DNA of 32,000 nucleotides from an uncultured Lentisphaeria bacterium. Lineage in GTDB: Bacteria; Verrucomicrobiota; Lentisphaeria; JABSQK01; JAJFLO01. The position numbers were made by a program, and so were the translations under genes. Below, piece by piece: positions 28,437-32,000 of the stretch. Where the stretch lies: assembly GCA_951812855.1 (NCBI GenBank), contig OX638337.1, forward strand, positions 480,001 to 512,000. Reading direction: 5' to 3'. The notes under the pieces were generated by a model. The model was given only the letters and a program-made list of their open reading frames with translations, searched no databases and was not told where the DNA came from. Each line of letters opens with the position of its first letter. Position 1 is the first letter of the stretch.

Positions 28437-29036
28437 TTAGATCGATTTATTTAATGCTTCATTCAAGAGTAATTTTGACACGTTGGAAAATCTTAATTTC
28501 AACGCTGCGTCATGACCCTGGTTTGACATTTTATTCCAGGTTTTACGAAGGATGTTGACTATTTTTTTATCATCGTGCTTAGAAGCAAAATCCGCAAAAT
28601 AAAACTCAAGAAACACCAGGCAGCTGACATCTTCGATCATTTGAACTTCCGGATCGTGTTTTAGATTTTTCTTTTGCAAAAGAAAGGCAACCCTGTCTGT
28701 AAATGTTTGGTCATAACCGGCTTCCTTCAGAATTTCACCTGCAACTTCGCTATGATACTTCCCCAGAGCAACGCGCCATTGAAGGTACCCCTTCCGATTT
28801 ATTGGATACGTGTCACGTGGAATATCCCATCGACGGATATGTTGGCATCGACAGGCAAGTTGCAGTTCTTCGGACGCGGAAGGATCCAGCTTCTTCAGCC
28901 ATTGCGTCATGCGATATGAGTAAAGGCGTTCAAAGGGGTGACTTTCTCCTTCAAAATTATCGTTGTCAGGATCTGTGCTGTTTACTTCGTCAATAAGCTT
29001 CAGAGCTGTCTGAAGCCGTGTCGAATGAGATTTCAT
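28437..29036 (-). CDS. DUF4202-family protein
   Basis: 199-aa ORF. The block ...YSYRMTQWLKKLDPSASEELQLACRCQHIRRWDIPRDTYP..R.GYLQWR..L...H matches my recollection of DUF4202 proteins. Confidence 0.75.
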   Translation of the reverse strand: MKSHSTRLQTALKLIDEVNSTDPDNDNFEGESHPFERLYSYRMTQWLKKLDPSASEELQLACRCQHIRRWDIPRDTYPINRKGYLQWRVALGKYHSEVAGEILKEAGYDQTFTDRVAFLLQKKNLKHDPEVQMIEDVSCLVFLEFYFADFASKHDDKKIVNILRKTWNKMSNQGHDAALKLRFSNVSKLLLNEALNKSI

Positions 29037-29244
29037 CGGGTATATTTTATTTTACTTACAATTATGATTTCCATATTGACTTAGATTAAAAAAAATATAT
29101 GATTAATTTTAGTTTGTACCAGAAAAATCCAATAAATAAACGATATGTCAAATATAGCGAAGTCAGCAGAATTCCTGGAAGTCCGATTCAAGAATCATAT
29201 CAAATCCTGATTGTAAACTCGTGTAACAGATGTCCAATAAATAA

Positions 29245-30407
29245 ATGAATATGCCTAAAATCAGTCTCATTATACCGGTCTGCAATGTTGCCTTATATGT
29301 CAAGCGCTGTATGACAAGCGTCCTGGCACAAAGCCTGACAGATTATGAGGTCATTATCGTTGATGATGGCAGTACCGATGACTCTATTGATATTATCCGC
29401 TCAGTGATTGGCAAAGATCGGCGTTTTCGTATCATCCATCAAGACAATGCCGGGTCGGGTCGGGTCGGGTCGGGTCGGGTCGGGTCGGGTCGGGTCGGGT
29501 CGGGTCGGGTCGGGTCGGGTCGGGTCCCGGTCCGGCCAGAAACACCGGTATTGATGCCGCAACCGCTGACTATATTGCCTTTGTAGACAGCGATGACTGT
29601 ATTCATGAAGACTATCTGCTGGCCTTATATCAGACCATCACCGAACAAGATGCCGATATCTGTTATTGTGATTTTAATATCAGCTTTATAGACCAACCTG
29701 ATCTTGTTTTTAGGACAGTCAGGCAACCGTTATCTACTGGCCGCAATCACTGGCAAGATGTTATTAGCCTTTGGCTTAATGCTGGATTGCATAACTCGGT
29801 TTGTGTCAAGCTTTGCAAGCGCGGTTTATTTACTGACACTCGGTTTCCGTCCGGGTATGCCAATGATATGGTCATCAACATGGCCTTGTTTCTTAAGCAG
29901 CCTGTAATTACCTACTGCCCCCGGGTCTTGTATAACTATCTAAAGTGCTCAAACAGCCTCACAACATCGGCTGTTAATGAGCGAAAAATCATTGACCATC
30001 TGGCCAGATTTAAAGAGATTGAGAAATTACTCAGCAATTACCGCCTCCTGGAAAAATATCAAGATGACTACCGCCTCTACTATCTATTGTCAATCAACGG
30101 CACATTGAGTATAAGCCTGATTGGCAACAGGCAAGGGCACTACCATCAAGCAATAGAGAGGCTATTTGCCTTAGCTGACCCAGAGATTTTTAATGCCCGC
30201 ACTCTAACCAGGCTGATACTTAAAAAAAGGCTTTACTTAAGGCCTGTTCCTTTTATCCGTCATTATGTTGGTTTATATCTCCTGTTTGCTGGCAGTTGGT
30301 CGCTGTACAGACATTATTGCCGGCTAACTTATACAATATATCTCTGGGTTAATGGCAGGACAATCAGACAATTCATATCAAACTTGAGATTTTTTAAGGC
30401 AGGCTGA
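29245..30407 (+). pseudogene. Family-2 (GT-A) glycosyltransferase interrupted by one frameshift inside a pentanucleotide repeat (phase-OFF allele or pseudogene)
   Basis: The N-terminal part, in the reading frame set by the start codon at 29245, is MNMPKISLIIPVCNVALYV...YEVIIVDDGSTDDS...IIHQDNAG. After the repeat, the GT2 sequence continues in the frame set by 29529. It reads GPARNTGIDAATADYIAFVDSDDCIHEDYL... and I verified codon by codon that it stays open through 30407, joining track ORF 29787-30407. Track ORF 29245-29586 ends in out-of-frame sequence. Confidence 0.85.
29451..29526. repeat. Perfect tandem pentanucleotide microsatellite (CGGGT)x15 (75 nt plus 1 nt of a further unit)
   Basis: I counted it directly: 2 units in 29451-29460, 12 units in 29461-29520 and 1 unit in 29521-29525, with no interruptions. 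It is followed by the degenerate sequence CCCGGTCCGGCC. Confidence 0.98.
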
Positions 30408-30417
30408 TTTAAGGACT

Positions 30418-30669
30418 TTATATGCCGAAAAGATTTTGATTAAATTGCCTGATCTGATCTCTAACCGCCGCTGCCTGTTCAAACTCTAAATCATGTGCAT
30501 GCTGATACATTTTTTTCTCCAGTATTTTAAGCCGCTTAGCGGCCTCATGAGGTGGAAGCTCCGGTGCAATGTTGACAGCAGGTATTTTGGGTGATTTTTT
30601 TCGGTTACTTTGACTATGCTGCGGTAAGATGTACAGAAAGTTTACTTGTAACTCTTCTAACCGGAGAAA
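30418..30669 (-). pseudogene. Relic of the 3' end of an excinuclease UvrB gene (UVR domain)
   Basis: My translation gives ...SNRKKSPKIPAVNIAPELPPHEAAKRLKILEKKMYQHAHDLEFEQAAAVRDQIRQFNQNLFGI*. It closely parallels the E. coli UvrB C-terminus as I recall it (...[43 protein letters not shown]...). There is no start codon and no helicase domains, and the frame is closed at 30670-30672. Confidence 0.6.
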
Positions 30670-30882
30670 TTAATATCCCAAAAATAGCGGTAAACAAATT
30701 CAGTCAACCCACCATAGGCGATACACCGTCCGAAGATGAAGAAGCAAAAAAGTTAAATTCACGCCTTACCCGTGCCTCGAAGATTATGAAACAGAAACGG
30801 GAACGACTGCATTGATTATTGATCAATGAACAAGGTTAAAAACATAACTTTTTAGTTGCGTTATTTTCTCTTTATTTTGCTA

Positions 30883-31077
30883 TTAATCTATTTTAGGTAT
30901 TATTCCACCCGGGCACCCGTAATGGCAAACAACCTCTGTTTGTTCACTTAAATTTAATTCTAACGGATTAATAAATTTTTCCATTTGAAAAGAATAATAT
31001 AAACAGCCGATTTCAGTATGAGGACGATTGACCGATAGCAGATATAAAATCTGTTCCTGAAAGTCTGTTAAGGGCAT
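30883..31077 (-). CDS. Hypothetical 64-aa protein; possibly a truncated nucleotidyltransferase (AbiEii/DUF1814-like) toxin N-terminus
   Basis: It overlaps the upstream 88-aa ORF by 10 nt. The N-terminus MPLTDFQEQILYLLSVNR resembles the start of AbiEii-type proteins, but the ORF is far too short. The assignment is weak. Confidence 0.3.
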   Translation of the reverse strand: MPLTDFQEQILYLLSVNRPHTEIGCLYYSFQMEKFINPLELNLSEQTEVVCHYGCPGGIIPKID

Positions 31078-31334
31078 AATTTAGCTCCGGCTTCCCAGGC
31101 TGCCCGTCCACCATTTTTCATTAATTGTTGTGCAACCCATTGAATGTCTTCAGCTTCGATCGTGCAGTTTGGATCAAACGACCAAAAACAGGACGTATAA
31201 AACCGTTTGTAAGCACGCCTGGCTTCACGAAGTCGCGTCATATTCCGGGCTGTTTCCGAATCTAATTTGCGTCGACTCTTTTGACCGCCGATCTTGCCAA
31301 TTTCAGAAAAGTATTTTCGCACATTTTTATCCAT
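31068..31334 (-). CDS. Hypothetical 88-aa protein (basic N-terminal KxGGxKSxRKL...REARR segment; antitoxin-like partner?)
   Basis: The ORF is paired with and overlaps the downstream small ORF. It has a basic N-terminal helix and a C-terminal FW.FDP....I...DI.WVA.QLM.NGG block. I could not name a family with confidence. Confidence 0.4.
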   Translation of the reverse strand: MDKNVRKYFSEIGKIGGQKSRRKLDSETARNMTRLREARRAYKRFYTSCFWSFDPNCTIEAEDIQWVAQQLMKNGGRAAWEAGAKLCP

Positions 31335-31396
31335 GCCAATATCATAAGCTGCTTATGATAATTGCCAATCAAAATCATGGGTCTTAAAAATTTAAA

Positions 31397-31715
31397 TTAG
31401 TGATATCCTGCATGCTTTACCAACAATGGAGTGATCCTTGGAGGCATGCCGCTCAGAGCCGATTCGATGTGGAATCAATACTGGAGATATTGTACGGTAG
31501 AGAATTTTGGATCTGAGATTGAGGTAAATCCTTTAAGAATCTCGATGCCATTGCTCTGTAGCAGGTTCAGATCAATGACTGCGACACTAAATTCCTGACG
31601 TTCAAGTTTGTTTCTGGAATCCTGAATATTTGTAGCACTCTCAACCTCAAGCCCTTTAGGTTAAAGGATATTGCATTCATCTTGAGTTTCTGACAATCAC
31701 GATCTGATGGTTTAA
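31397..31715 (-). pseudogene. Degraded response-regulator receiver gene (multiple stops and frameshifts)
   Basis: My translation gives pieces in three frames: HQIVIVRNSR*, DECNIL*, and PKGLEVESATNIQDSRNKLERQEFSVAVIDLNLLQSNGIEILKGFTSISDPKFSTVQYLQY*. Together they follow the receiver pattern (ILIVDD...L...G.EV..A.N...A...L....FD.VI.DL.LP..NGIE.LK.I). No intact ORF remains. Confidence 0.5.
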
Positions 31716-31722
31716 AGACTGG

Positions 31723-32000
31723 CTAAATTAATTCGACTAAATATTCTCCCCTGACGGAATTAAATAATTTTATCTCAGTTGCATTCATTAAATCTTCTTT
31801 ATAAAAAACACATTCCGTTAATTTATTTTTGTCAAGTAATTCTGCCCGTTTTGTACCAGCAAGTAACCCGCAGGAAATGGGCGGCGTCACCCATTTCTCC
31901 TCAATTTGGATCGCAATATTTGCAATACAACTCTCGGTAATTTCCCCATCCTGATTATACAACACCACATCATCAGCTATTTTACAGTGATTCATTGCCT
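31723..32000 (-). CDS. Class IV (D-amino-acid/branched-chain/ADC-lyase type) aminotransferase-fold protein, C-terminal part; the 5' end is off the window
   Basis: The ORF is open to the window edge. The block DDVVLYNQDGEITESCIANIAIQIEEKWVTPPISCGLLAGTKRAELL...ATEIKLFNSVRG matches the fold-type IV PLP enzyme C-terminal domain (PabC/IlvE/Dat). Confidence 0.7.
   Translation of the reverse strand, partial: AMNHCKIADDVVLYNQDGEITESCIANIAIQIEEKWVTPPISCGLLAGTKRAELLDKNKLTECVFYKEDLMNATEIKLFNSVRGEYLVELI

Noticed and set aside
29128-29245. 13-bp direct repeat TCCAATAAATAAA (29128-29140 and 29233-29245) upstream of the GT2 gene, considered as a possible insertion-site duplication
   Set aside because: The sequence is AT-only and low in complexity within an AT-rich spacer, so a chance occurrence is plausible. 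No associated inverted repeats or mobile genes are present.
29451-29526. Whether the regular repeat could be a CRISPR array
   Set aside because: The units are 5 nt, directly tandem and have no spacers, and the tract lies inside a coding sequence. It is a microsatellite, not a CRISPR array. No other repeat-spacer structure was seen in the window.
29245-30670. Apparent higher GC and different codon preference of the GT2 plus UvrB-relic patch, as proof of horizontal transfer
   Set aside because: I cannot compute composition statistics here, and by eye the difference from neighbouring genes (such as DUF4202) is modest. I kept it only as a hypothesis inside the UvrB finding.
30591-30815. 74-aa plus-strand ORF (MIFFGYFDYAAVRC...)
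   Set aside because: Its 5' part is antisense to the UvrB relic. It has no recognisable domain or ribosome-binding site, so it is likely spurious.

Overview
This is a 32-kb stretch of AT-rich bacterial chromosome. Envelope genes (GT9 heptosyltransferase, LolA-like protein, lipobox) suggest a Gram-negative organism; I cannot assign a taxon from sequence alone. Most of it is housekeeping. It holds a Mn/Zn-type metal ABC importer with a divergent DtxR/MntR-family repressor, and a two-gene CoA module (archaeal-type phosphopantothenate synthetase homolog plus coaX). It also holds an LPS heptosyltransferase, TauE/DUF1634, a GT-C membrane glycosyltransferase, overlapping ypdA-msrA, and gltBD behind a roughly 770-nt leader. 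Further genes are an FHA membrane protein, an acyl-AMP ligase, tRNA-Ser(UGA), an orphan mvaS, a thioredoxin-fold protein, ogt, feoAB and DUF4202. Three things stand out. (1) A family-2 glycosyltransferase is split by a perfect (CGGGT)x15 pentanucleotide microsatellite. It is now out of frame, and 14 or 17 copies would restore it, so it is either a phase-variable contingency locus or a very recent pseudogene. (2) The archaeal-type PPS homolog is paired with a type III pantothenate kinase. (3) The long intergenic spacers hold many short, recognisable gene relics: S41 peptidase, pseudopilin, IS3 transposase, two response-regulator receivers, a Hanks kinase and a UvrB C-terminus. A decayed tRNA-Ser copy and an IS scar also flank the intact tRNA-Ser. 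Together these point to ongoing gene decay. I saw no CRISPR array, rRNA or intact mobile element. All family assignments come from reading the translations by eye; no database search was run.
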